Of a DNA stretch of 64,000 nt, positions 1-18,100 are shown in pieces. Under the pieces are notes generated by a model, which saw nothing but the letters and a program-made list of their open reading frames with translations, ran no database searches and was not told where the DNA came from. Source of the DNA: Bugula neritina (lineage: Eukaryota; Animalia; Bryozoa); assembly GCA_964035545.1 (NCBI GenBank), contig OZ037767.1, positions 25,436,628-25,500,627 on the forward strand, in the 5' to 3' direction. Positions within the stretch are counted from its first letter, which is position 1. Each line of letters opens with the position of its first letter. A program made the position numbers and the translations under genes.

Positions 1-887
1 ATTTTAATAATGATTATTACAAATAACCATTTACTATAAATAGCTAATTACTGCAAATAACTAATTACTAGCATAACATGTGTTTAAAAAGTTTCTATAA
101 ATATCATTAGTTTAGAGAAGGAACTTGACAGTTAAAGAAAGTTTTTTATCTCAGCTTAATACAGTGGCACATAACACATTCTATGAAGTTATGACTTCTA
201 AGTTATAAATAGTAACATTATGAAATATCTAGAGACAGATATATTAGCAATTTAGTTCTTATCTCAACAATTTGCTTATTTTGATAAACAAGCATGATGA
301 CTGTTTTGTTTTTAGAAATGAAATGTTAAAAATTGGTACAAGTCTAATGATTATGTAAAGGATGATGACATTCACTACAGGTGCAGCCATGTTAGTTGAC
401 GCTATGAACCACCTTTTATGTTGCTTTGTATGCTTATAGACGGCAAATATTTTTAGTTTTTGTGTAATAAATTACCTGATGCCAATTTAATATGTCTCGA
501 CGTTCTATTTATAATATTATAATTTATAATAATTATTCTAATGATTCAGAATTCTTTCATGAAAAGTACTAAAATATCTCAGCTTGGGTCGTAAGCGCAG
601 ACACATTAAACATTTGCCTCATCATTGGCAAGAGTACATACTGCATATCTAAATTATTAATAGCATGATATTGAATGTGAATTTTATTACTTGTCACAAA
701 TAACTTATTCTCTAGTAAATTCTAACTGTATGAAGCACTATTAAACTATCTTGGAAAATTTCATTGGAGTTATTTTAATAAATTCTAAAACTTTATTACA
801 ATGTAAAATTTCAGTGGTCAGGAAAAAGCGAAGTCTCTTTCATATCTGGCCTTATATCACACACAAGGTTTAACAATTAAACAAAAC

Positions 888-962
<75 letters not shown>

Positions 963-1089
963 GTGTGTGTGTGTGTGTGTGTGTGTCTGTGTTGTGTTGT
1001 GTGCGTGCGTGCGTGTGCGTGGGTGCGTGGGTGCGTGGGTGCGTGGGTGCGTGTGCGTGCGTGCGTGTGTGCGTGTGTGTGTGTGTGTG
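888..1089. repeat. (TG)n / TGCG-TGGG compound microsatellite
   Basis: Direct reading; it accounts for the CV/HT-repeat ORFs at 857-1205. Confidence 0.97.
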
Positions 1090-1130
1090 ATATATACATA
1101 AAACTTTATTTCAATGTAAAATTTCAACGG

Positions 1131-1141
1131 TATATATATAC

Positions 1142-1194
<53 letters not shown>

Positions 1195-1199
1195 TATAT
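1131..1199. repeat. (TA)n microsatellite
   Basis: Direct reading. Confidence 0.95.
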
Positions 1200-1840
1200 T
1201 TATAGAGTTATCCAGGTTCATTTTGGCAGCAGTCTTTGGATTGACAGCATGTGATTTGCACTATAAACAACATGCTTTTCAGTGCTTATCTAAAATTTAT
1301 GACTACCAACGACATAATTGACAATTAATTATCTATTCATTCTATCAACAGTATTTGTTAATACTCCTAGCAAAAAGTGGACAACTACCAATATGTTGCA
1401 TAATCTAATCAATTTTATTCCTACAAATGTAAGTAAAGCTTTATCTTTTAATAAAACCTTTAAATCTAAAACGTTAACCATGCATACTTCAGCTGCAAAA
1501 ACATATTGGATCTGATATTACATATATCAAAATATTTTTTTATTATAGCAGAGTAATATTATTATACTATAGCAGAGTAATAATACTATGTATATCCTGG
1601 TCAGAAATCCAAGATTCTTATCAAAAGAAAACAAGTCTATTTAAAATGAACATAATATCCAGGGTACATGGATATGCTTGAAAAAATGACAAAAATAATT
1701 ATTAAATGTTATGAAAGCTTTGCACAACCTGACTTTGACTGCAGTGCTATATTTTATACTGAGGATATGCAACTATATATTTATATGGCACAACACTTGC
1801 AAGCATATGTAAGCTTCTTCCTTATTCAACTGAAATTTCG

Positions 1841-6492
<4,652 letters not shown>

Positions 6493-9400
6493 TATTATTT
6501 TCTTGTTCTTGTGCCTGTATAGACAACACAATAGTTATGTAAGATTCACCACCTAATAATTTGCATATATTTGCTTCACTTGAGAGCATTCAGTTAATTC
6601 TAATTTCAAGATCTTAGCTCCAACCAGATCTATGGAGCATAATATAATTTTCTAAATTATTTGCTAAATTATTTTTGAAATTTTTTTTTGAATTCTTCGC
6701 TAAGAAATTTAATAATGGTACTCAATAAATATTTCTTAAAAAATTAACTAGCTCTTAAGTTATTGGTAGCAGATAAATGTTGCATAGCTGAAGTAATATA
6801 TTAACTTGCATGCGTGATTTATACAATATATGATTATATTATAGAGTTTTATAGTTCATAATATACAGTTGAGTTAAAAACTGCATGTGTATTAATTATA
6901 TTTGTAGCACATATAAGTATGTGATTATATTAAATTACTTGTAAACTTATTAATTTGGTATTTTTGCCTATATATTTCTTAAAATAAATTATTTGGCCAT
7001 TATATGTCAAATCATAAATTGTAAGGAATATACTTTACTAACTATAAGAAGTGTATAAAAAGTTATTTTAATTTTATAAACTATTAATTATATTGTTTAC
7101 TTATTACAAATAGAGTTTCTGCAGTTAAACTTTTCTTATACTGATAACATTTAAAAATTTTTTGGAAGAATAACCATTTTTATGTAGCAGTAAATCAAAA
7201 TTTCAAACTAGGTTCATAATATGTGATATACCAGAAACTGGCTACTGTTCTACTGAGTTAATTTTATCTCTAATAAAATCTATTTATATAAATCCAGATT
7301 AAACTGTTTTCTCATATTCTAAATATAAGCTTGTGTTTTTAACTCTCTTCTATACTAGACAGAATATAATAGCTATAATATTAAAGTAACAACTAAACAT
7401 ATACACACATTAGTATTGATAACATTTCTTAATAAATAAATGCATGTACTCACCTCAAATCCCAGACAACAAATGAAATAAACTGATAGTTGACGGTGCT
7501 TTAATCTCTTTCAGCCACAGTGTGGGCTTCTGTCCAGTAATCCACTTTTTAATCTACAGCTAGAAAATTGTCACTTCAAATGTTAAAGGATGTACCTTCA
7601 TTATAAAAGATGTTCCTGCCTTTTGGAAAAGATTACCTCCCGCATTTCCTCCTCAGCACTTCCTATTTCTAGCTTGACAGCCAATAGATATGTTTATTAT
7701 TGCCGTTGTTAATAATATATTTCTGTAATATTATAAGTAAATATTAGAAAACTGAATATCCACTAAAATGCTTACGGTTTGAGCCCAGCTACTGTATAGT
7801 TTTTTATTAAGTGCAGATATATAGATTTTTGCTTAGCTGTAGCTTTTAATCTTAAGTATAGTATTTCCACAGCTTTGATACAATGGAAAAAATCTCTTAG
7901 GCTACTTTTAAAAACCTTTTTTATCAGGATTGTCACATGGATGGCGACTATAAACCTATTTTTATAGTATTTCCACAGCTTTAATACAAAACCAACCAAT
8001 CATTATAGACCTACAGCTTTGAAATACAATTACTTATATTCTATATTCATATTCCTACGTCCTAATGAATAAAATGTCACATTTTATAGTTGAGCATATT
8101 TTACGTAATTGATTTCACATTTTCATAAGTTTTATCATGTAGCATTGCTCAATGGCAAGCCATTGCATGGTTTTTCAGATAAAAAATTGAAACTATTTTT
8201 TACTTCAATAAAGATTAAAGTTGCAAAATAGAATTCCCCAAGTTATTCTAAAAATAAAATAAGGGTGCAGAAGGTGCTTGCAGGTGGACATATTGTCAAT
8301 TATTATGTAACATAATGTAACAGAAAATGCAACAAATATAAGTCAATTAGAAAATAAACACAGCTATGATACAAGTTGTTACGAAAAATGTGTTACCATT
8401 AGAATCTTAATCAGGATGTTAGAGTCTGACATAGAGGTAATCTCTATTCATGGTATTTATCAACCTGCCAACACACTGGCGCATTTGACACAGAAGATAT
8501 TTAAAATGTTCAGGGCTCAAAAATATATACTATTTTGTATACATTATTAGCTTTTAATAGTATTTTGTTGGCATGTTTGAAACATATTTTGCTACTTGAC
8601 AAACTCTATAAGGATATCCTTACGGAGTTTTAGACCTTTTGACAATGTCAAAAATTATGTAAGAAAATCTTTATGAAAGCTTTGCAGCAAATCATCCTAG
8701 GTATGCCATCTCTAACAGCTTGCATGTTCTACATGTTAAGTTTTATGAATACTTATATGTTGATGTATAAATAAGAAAATCTTCAGTGCCTAGCTGCCCT
8801 AGCATAAGTACACATTTTTCTCTAAATGAAATTTAGACAAAATCAACTTTTGAATATGCGTGTTAAAAATTGTATAATACTTTCTACATTCTACTTACTG
8901 TTGTCTAGTATATATAAAACGAATATGCACAAAAAGTTATATATGTAGAGTTATCCTACTTCCTAAATCTTTGAAATACAAAGTATAAATTATAGTTATA
9001 GGCTGTTCATATTTCAGTATATAGACTAGTAAATATGGGTATCTATTTTGGCTGTAAACAACACTCTACTGTGAATCAAAATAATACTTTTGTTAGAAAA
9101 ATGATTAATTAGGTCACTATAGTGATGACTAATTCTGATGATTATTGTGTTTGGTTAAAGCTGGTGATGGGTTGGCTACTTAGGATGGCTTTTTCTACAT
9201 AATCTTTCTTTAAAAGTCCCTTGATATGAAAGGCAGAATTGTTATGTTAAGGATTTCTTAGCAATGACACAGAAATTAATATTTATTAATTGAGTGACGC
9301 AACCAGTGAGTTATGTAGCATATAGCCTATTATAAGTAATTCAAGCTTTTGGCTTCTATATTCTATAATCTATGTGCCAATATTTATTCAGCCTCATCTT

Positions 9401-9812
9401 TAGCCGCCAACTATAGATTATTGAATAGAATATAAATGAATGATTTTATGTTATATAAGTTCATTGGTTGTTAAATGCAATAAAATGGTTTCCAAGCATT
9501 GTTCAATATGCAGTGGCTAAGCTGCTTATGTAGTGCACAGTATTTACTGGGAGTTTCAGTAAATCTCAGAGTGTATCTGGCGCAATGATGAGACTAAAAC
9601 TCATGGTTGGTAAAATATGGAAGTTAAATGATATGCAATCAATTGCGCGACCCTATGGTGCATTTATTTTTAAATTTTCCAGTCTGCTTTCATATTTACT
9701 CTTGCCTTTAACCTGTATGTAACTTTGAAAGCCCTCTTCAACCAACTAATATTAACTAATAGAATTTATATCAACATATGATTATGCAAACAAATTAACT
9801 ACCGGGGAAGGG

Positions 9813-9814
<2 letters not shown>

Positions 9815-9855
<41 letters not shown>
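9815..9855. repeat. (GA)n microsatellite
   Basis: Direct reading. Confidence 0.95.
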
Positions 9856-9857
<2 letters not shown>

Positions 9858-11119
9858 GCACCCTTCTTACTAGCAGTATATTTTATTTAATTACATATTT
9901 CTATCAAATTTTCAGTGACTTTAATGCAATTCAGATTTTAGTCAACTGAATGTAAAGAGGGGATAACTACTATTACAATTCAAATAAATAATTCCATTAC
10001 AGACCTGTCTTATTTGAGCAGAAAATTTTTTTTCATGCAAACTGATAATAATAAAAGTTGTTCCGTGTGCTGTAATATGGCCAGTATGCTTATACATGAG
10101 CAATCACAAGTCATAAATATGCAATTGGCTGTCAAATTAAAAAGAAAGGTGTTTTGCTTTATTACAAAAAGCAAGCATAATTTCAATTCTACCAACAATC
10201 AAATGCCCTGACATGAACAATATAGAATGAGCTTGATCGGCCTTAATTGAATTTACTTGACAAGTGATCACCAGCAGTGCCTGTTGATTTTTTTTCTCAC
10301 GATATCATCTGGGGCTCCTAATAAAAGTTGTAAAATTGCTAATTCCAGGTAATTGGTTCTGTTTTTACTGCCTTTAATGAATGTCTTATATAACGCATAA
10401 GTAAATGCAATATCTCTCAACTTTTACTCTAAATGCATTCTGTAATTTACATTGAAATTTTAGATGACTTGTTAAAACATTTGTTGCGTTGTAATAATAA
10501 CATATCAATTGCTAGATTTTCTCCTTTCTGTACGCAGCTTTTAGGTGACTATTTTAGTTGATTCAGAATTTGCATACACCAGTTGCCATCATTTAATTTA
10601 CTTCACATATATAGTATTATGCAAGAGGTAGATATTCATATCCATATATTTTATCTATTTTCTTCCTTCTTTACATTTATACTATCATATATAAAATAGT
10701 TTTTACTTTAGTTTAGAGTTATCTTTTCTTGGTTGAGTTTTGTAATCGGTGTTTTCGCCTTAGTTCATTTAATGTCAGAAATAATGATTGGGGTTAATTT
10801 TGTGGTTATATTTTGCATGATACCAGATATGAAATATGCCTACCCATTAGTCAGATTCGTACATCTAGTAGCTAGTAAAGTTAAATAATAACCTTGGGTC
10901 TAATTTGAAGATATTGGCTATGTTTTTGAAAACACAAAGAAGAAGCAAAGTCGAGATAAAACATGATCACAGCATGATTTAAGTATTTGGGATTGTAAAG
11001 TTTCATGTAGGTTTCTACTTTGCTTGAGATTGTAATGTTTTCCTAGTTTAGAGCATTATATTAATCTATTTCATAGCTAGAAAACTTCTATCCTAGACTA
11101 TGTTTTGCTGGAGCTAAGA

Positions 11120-11307
11120 GAGCAGCGGTGGTCTAGATACGTTAAAACGTTTGCTTAGTAAACCCAAAGTCATTGGTGATGTTAGGAAGAGCATCCAGTC
11201 ATAATTGCTCCTGTGCCACATATGAATAAGTTCTTATAGCTCAATTTAACAAAACCCTTTCCATCAGGGGTTTTCTCACAGGGATGGCAACTATAAACTT
11301 GTGTGGG
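11120..11307 (+). mobile_element. tRNA-type SINE, copy 2
   Basis: Head gagcagcggTGGTCTAG plus the same core and tail as 4625-4800. Confidence 0.7.
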
Positions 11308-12022
11308 TGAGTGAGTTAATGTTTTGCTAGAACAGGTGCTATTAGTTTTAAGCTAAAAACTTTCCCTGCTGAATCTGTGGTATATAACTAATGTTTGCGG
11401 TTAGTAGTTTGCATATTGTGGTGAGTCTGTCTAGAAAATGCATGCGAGCCAAAATGCTAATAAGTACAGAGTCTAGAATAATCTACAGCACAGCTAAATG
11501 TACAGCGACTGTTTTGTTTATAAGAATTGATGTTAGCTTTTGCAAAACCTTCCAGATTCCAAATTAGATCTAAAAATTGTACTCAAAAACCAAATAGAAC
11601 AATAGTATGTTATGACTTATAACTCCATGTTTGATTGCATAGTTATAGTCATTATAGTCAATGATACTGCATACTATTATTTTAAATTTGATTGAGTAAC
11701 TTGTAACAGATGTTAAAATAATACTTTATTAAAAAAATTAAATGTAGTGGTTACGGCTGACAGCATTCTTACTATATATAGAAAATTATGGGCTAGGACA
11801 ACTCTAAATTATTATAAAAATAAAAAACATTTTGAAAACAAAAAATGTCAATTCACATTAAAAAAACATTACCAGCTATTTTAAAAAGAAATTATTGGCC
11901 AAATCGCTTAAAGATCATAACATGTACAAGACAATGGTTAATATGTGCAGCTATATATATACATGTACAAAGTTGTACCAAGTCAAACCAACATCGAGAG
12001 AACCCACGAATCTCACTACTTT

Positions 12023-13202
12023 CTACCATCGAGGAAGATATGGGGCATCTTGGTAACCTGGGTAATAGTACTTTGCATTGCCCCTCCAGCTAAACGGATG
12101 ATATCTGTAGTAATGGTACCCCCTTGGGACCACCACTGGTCTTGTATACTTTGCATTGCCCCTCCAGCTAAACGGATGATATCTGTAGTAATGGTACCCC
12201 CTTGGGACCACCACTGGTCTTGTAGTTTCATAGTCCATATCAGTGTAACTTTCCTCTTCAGAAGCTTCGGTTGCTGGGTGGTGTGACACACGCCTCGTCT
12301 TGGATGTTGGTGAGGTCCGGGGTTTCAAGGTTGTCATGGACTTGTAATTATCAGAGAATGTTAATTTCTGAGCTGGTTTAGGTCTGGAACCAGTAGGTGG
12401 TAGATATACATAAGGCAGATTTCCAACACCATTGCCATTGCCATTGCTACCACCAATGTTGCCGTTTCCGTTCATTGAACCACCATTGTTGTTCCCATTA
12501 TTACTGCCTTGGTTATCATTGCCATTATAAGAACCTGCGTTGTTATTGCCATTGTTTGTGCCTTTATTTCCCTGGCCATTGGATGTTCCTTTATTGTACA
12601 TACCTGGAAAATAAGAAATTGAAACATAAGATTGCACAATGACTTCTACTTGAAAGGCAACGGAGCATTTCAAATATTTTCTACACCTGGACATGTCTAT
12701 ATAGCAATCAATTTTGGGCTTTTAATTTCTATTATATAGACTCAATATATTGTAATACAGTTTTGGTGGTGAATAGGTGGTATGTTGACATAATATTATG
12801 TCTGTAGCAGGTAGACATTAAGTAGAATAATGAAATAGTTGATAATAATCATTCTTATTACCAAAGTCATCAAAAAGAATGTATGTTAATGTTATATCTA
12901 GTAGCCTTTTTACCTGATAACAAATATTATGAAATAGTAATTAATGGTTGCCCTGGAGCATAAACAAGGTGATATCATGTGGATTATCTCTTTCACTGGA
13001 CTATTTAGGCTATTAATTAAAATTCTGAACTTCTATTCAAGGGCAAGTGTTTTGATTAAATATTATTTTTAATGCTTCTGTACTCACCATTCCCACTAAA
13101 CTTTCCAGTTTGTATATCATAGGCTTCCAAGTCCAACACAAAAGTTGATGCAATTGCAACATAAATGAGTAACAACCCAGTAATCCAATGGAATTTCTCC
13201 AT
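12023..13202 (-). CDS. Gene B: secreted Asn/Gly-repeat protein with a duplicated Tyr/Arg/His/Trp-rich C-terminus, 231 aa; paralog of gene A
   Basis: Exon 13202-13088 (MEKFHWITGLLLIYVAIASTFVLDLEAYDIQTGKFSGN, signal peptide, GTGAGT donor, phase 1) joins exon 12603-12023 (GMYNKGTSNGQGNKGTNNGNNNAGSYNG...APYLPRW*). A 5'UTR exon donor lies near 13655 and a minus-strand TATATAA near 13767-13773. Confidence 0.88.
12069..12224. repeat. Exact 2 x 78 bp coding tandem duplication in gene B
   Basis: Encodes TRPVVVPRGYHYYRYHPFSWRGNAKY twice. Confidence 0.95.
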
Positions 13203-14049
13203 CTTTCCCAACTACTGCTAAAATGAAATAATATTCTAGTTATCTTTATAGCAATTGAAGCATTTTGAATTATACAAAATAAGACAATAAATGTATTCTA
13301 ACATTTCTCGCAAACAAAGAATAGAAGACTAAAAGCCTAGCAATAGAAATGAAATTTAGTGTTGAAAACCCATCTTTAGACTCTTATTAAGTTACATGAG
13401 CTGTTACTATACACAAAAACTAGAATGCAAGTTGTTTTTAACCATTTGGTACCCCCTTTCAACTGTTACTCATACAACCAACATTTATATAATATAAACT
13501 ATTTTTTGCAATAAATAGATGATACTGATAGCAAAACTCTTTGCAATCGGAGTTGACAAAATATTTCACACAAAAACTACATTATTTATTTAGAGCTCAA
13601 TTCATAGACATCTCAGGATATCTAGAAGTTTATCTCAAAAAGAAAATACACTCACATGCCTCAAATCTGCAGTGGTTCTTTTGTAAAGATGCTCTTTTAT
13701 ACTGTTACCCAGTGACAGTATAGCTATCTAGATGTGAAGTGCAGTTGGTAGCTCACTCAGCCTTGGTTATATAGCTTGGAACACCAATACAAGTCATGTG
13801 ACCAAGCCATAGCTATAACAGCTGCTGTGCAGGCACCGTGACCGCCATTTCACTCATTATTTTACACATTATAAGAAGTGGAATGTTGGTGTTTCATCAA
13901 TTAGCCTAGTGCTGTCATTCATCTGATGACTCATTAGGATCAAAAGTAACTGACAGCTGTTTGCTTCGAGATCTCATTTGTTTAGATTGTCCACAGGTCT
14001 CCTGGTCGTAGGGTCTTCATGCAGGCTAAGAACGCGTCTAAGAAACAGA

Positions 14050-14156
14050 ACGGCAATTATTACCTAATGCCTTTCCTGACATCATTGCTGGCCATACTAT
14101 AAATTAAAACAATGATGTAGATTGTAGTGCTCTAACTACTAGACCACAGCTGCTTC
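14050..14156 (-). mobile_element. tRNA-type SINE, diverged copy 3
   Basis: The reverse complement reads gaagcagctgtggtctagtagttagagcac...gatgtcaggaaaggcatt...taattgc. Confidence 0.6.
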
Positions 14157-15184
14157 TTAGCCAACTAATTTGAGACATTTTGGCAAAATAATAGCCTGCT
14201 TTATATGACCCAATAATTTTAAGTTGCCTTTTTAATCTAGATTCTAGCCCACCACTTGTGATATTGAAAACTTAATGGAGCATGAACATAGAAGCATCGA
14301 TTTTATTTGGTCAGCTTGCTAGCATTTTTATTTTACTAGTGAGTAAATCATACATGTCTGAAGTTTGTTTTGTCTTGTAGTCAACCTATTATAGTATCTT
14401 CTACTAGTTATACCAAACTGCAAAAGTACTGATTTTCTTATCCCAACAGTATAATCAGCAAAATCTTGGCATAAATTTATTGGTTGATTGAGTTTAGTCG
14501 ATTATATCTGTAAAATATTCCTGAAACGAAGTGGTACTGGAGGCTTTTTGTTATGTTATGCATCAAAACAAATTAAACAGAACAGAAAAAAACTTCTCCA
14601 ATGTGCAAATTTTTAGAGCCCAATCATTGGTATAATTTGCCTATTTCAACAGACACCTTCAACATTGTATGATATGCTAAGACAATCTGTTCTGCTGCAT
14701 CTCTACCAGATGATTCAGCCACACAGGATGTTTACATTTTTTTTGGAAACAACAGCAGAGCTTGCAACATCTTCATGCATTTGGATATTTATATCCGGGA
14801 CTATAATGAGCTGACCTAATCAATATTCGTGTACACACGTCTCAACTCACCAGCCCACGTCTCAATTTACGCATGGGATATATATTAATAGCAACACTAG
14901 CCTCAAGTCAGCAAAAGAGCTGCCAAAACAAACTAATGACTTTGCCATAAAACTACAGTGCTGCCACAGATAACAACAAGTGAAGAATGGCATCTGCTGT
15001 TTTATTTATCTAGTATGCAAAAATATCAAAGGGTTACTAAAAATTACATAAAAATAAAATTATACTTACAATTTCAACGAACAGAAATAGCTTATTTACA
15101 ACAGGACAATACTGCACATAACATAACACTACATGTACTTGTAGTAACAACATAACAAAACACAGTAAAGCAGCAAGCAGAGTA

Positions 15185-18100
15185 TCAACTTAATTTGGTT
15201 GTAGGCTTTTCACCAACAATATGCTGAAGTTGAGAGGTCAAATGACTAATACTCTGCCATTGAGATTCAGAGAGCTGCGCAGAGTTTATGGAGTCTACAA
15301 CCTTTCTAAGTTTGTCCAGAGTGTTTGAGTCTCTTTCCATTCTCGGCTTCTTTTCAGGAGGCAGCTGGAACAAATTGATAAGAAATTTAAAAGCAGAAGA
15401 ATAAACAAATTAAAGAAAAAGCTTTTTTTACCACTTAGCTTGTTATCATCTGTTGAAACCCACCAGTTTAAGGTGTTGTAAACCCTTGAAACTAGTTGAC
15501 CTATATATGAGTTATAGTGCAAAAACTCTGATAGTAAACATTACTCCTGGCTATGACATAGACATAGTGTAGAGGGAAGGCAAGCTTAACCAGCACGTTT
15601 GAGCTTCCACAGATGGCTACAACAGTCTTTGAACTGTGTCATGCTTTGAAACAAACCTTTGGATTAGGAAGGGGGGTTTGGGGTACGTGAAACCCACCAC
15701 CACTAATCATTATTTCAGACATTATAGAATCATAAGTATACAAAAACAGCAAAACCTGCAAGAAAATTCCATGTTTAACTCTTTTACCACAAACTAAATG
15801 TTTAAATAAAATAAGTTTTGCAAAGCTTTCACAAGTTAGTCAAATGTTAGACACAAAACTTGAGGCTGCGCTACCTGTTCTAGAGAACTGCACCTTCCAC
15901 CTTTAGAGTGAGTATTACGAAGAGATGAGGTGCTGTAAAATGGCTGGAGATTCCAGGGCTGGATATTTGTCAGTTGAGTCGTGAAGTAATCTCCATCCAC
16001 CTGGAACAGAACAGGCTACTACAGGTATGCCGAGAGTTGTGGCAGTGTGCTGTATGAAGGTCTCACAACTCACAACAGTGACTTTCAGATGGGAGAGAAT
16101 GGATACTATACCATGCATTTGGTAGTTAAATTGATACAAACTTTAAACCTATTAGAAATTTCTGTTGACAACCATAAAGTGATATTTGAGAAGGATATGC
16201 CAAACTGTATCTGTATGAAATCATAGGATTATACTTTAAACCATCAAAACTTCGCCTTTAATAAACCACCCACCTATATAATTATTATATATGATAAGCG
16301 CATCTAATACACAGATTAGTGAAAACAGAAAAATAAAGCAAACATCAATAAAAAGACAGAAATGTGCTAGATATATGTTACGTTACTGTATAGAATTAAG
16401 GTGGGATATAGTCAGTTTTACATTTACTAACAACACTACATTATACTAAAGTACAGTGAACTACCTGCATACTGCAATACTGGACTACACGCTCCTTCAC
16501 AGCTAGACTACCGGCAGCAACCTTGTTAATCAGCTCCTGGTAAGCAGTGGTTTGAGCAAAGACTTTAAAACTCTGTAGAGCGTGAAGTCTGAGGTACTGT
16601 TGATCACCTGACAGACAGAGAGTATACAGAGAGACTGTAAGGTCTTTGTCCTGTAACAGAACATAGTATGCTGGTAGTAGACAGCTTAACACCACACTAC
16701 TAATTGTGATGTTTAGATTCCTCAGTAACACCTATAGTGTAATAATGGTTAGCTTGCTGGCTGGCAAGTAGGAAGTTTGAGACCCGGTGAAGGCAATTAT
16801 TTTACACTATTCGGAACTAGCATCTCATACTTTATAGTTTATACTATATTTGTCGTTCTAGTATCACTTTATTTCACATATTAATGGTGACTTTTAAATT
16901 GAAAATAAATGTTTATATTGAGCACTCTTACAAACTGCTAAACGTCTGCACATACCTCTCTGAAAGCTAAACATTAGAACTGAAGTCTGATATATACTAA
17001 TAAATATTAAACTGAATATCATTAGTTCAACAACTAACTCAATTGGCTTATTATTATGTTATTAATACAGCAGATGGGTTATAATAGTCTTGGTTCATAG
17101 GCTATAATAGCCTTAGTAATATGATTAGGTTCTAGAGTAGAAGAGGGAAGCAATTAGATATCTCTGTTTACATCTACAATATCTATGACAACAATGTAGT
17201 TAATGTACTGTGCAGTGTAGATTATGCACAATTATATCGATTTATCGTTTGCAATGGAAAAATGTGCATCATTTAGAACTGAGGTGCATCATTATACAAC
17301 TAAGCAAAGTTTTAAAGAAAATAAAACTTTAGTCTACAACAATGTTGTCACACCCATAAGATAAACTACACTATTCACATCAGCTGTGAGTTGCAGCAAG
17401 AAATTCATTATTTAGATAACAGGCTAAGAAATATTGACAACTGTAGTAGGATGTTATTGCACTGCTGACATACAAACTACGTTGACTACTAAAATACAAG
17501 GATAACATATTGAAAGACTGTCATAGCTGGCATAGCACATGCATCACTCCATAGACAAATGACAATAACACACTCTACTCTTACCGCAGCAATTGATTAT
17601 TCATCTCTTAATGTTATAACAGTCACTCATTACTCAACTCTGAAAAATTATTCTATTTTTTCTAATGATGCTCGAGTAACAGAGAAAAATGGCAGATTGC
17701 CAAAGTTAAGAGTGTTTCATTCAACTTATGTTGGTTATAGTATCTGTCTGGATGTAGTAAACTGGTACCTGATTGGTTGGAAGTGTGGTGATGGTGGAGA
17801 GAGAGGATACAGCAGCTTTCTGCACTTCAACAGATATGGTGGCCCATATTCTTTGTATGGCGTGTAGTATCTGCAGAATATAAAGGATTAGGTAGTATCT
17901 GCAGAATATAAAGCATTAGGTAGTATCTGCAGAATATAAAGGATTAGGTAGTATCTGCAGAATATAAAGGATTAGGTAGTATCTGCAGAACATAAACACT
18001 ACTATTCAGTATGAAGACTAATGAAACTTTGGCACGCTAATTACACTCGAAATATTCTGAGCAGTTTCTAAATCTGATTCTAATATTCCATGACAACAGA

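Noticed and set aside
11845-12642. Plus-strand ORFs and the alternative minus frame 12016..12291 over gene B
   Set aside because: Shadows of gene B; only the 12023 frame joins the signal-peptide exon.
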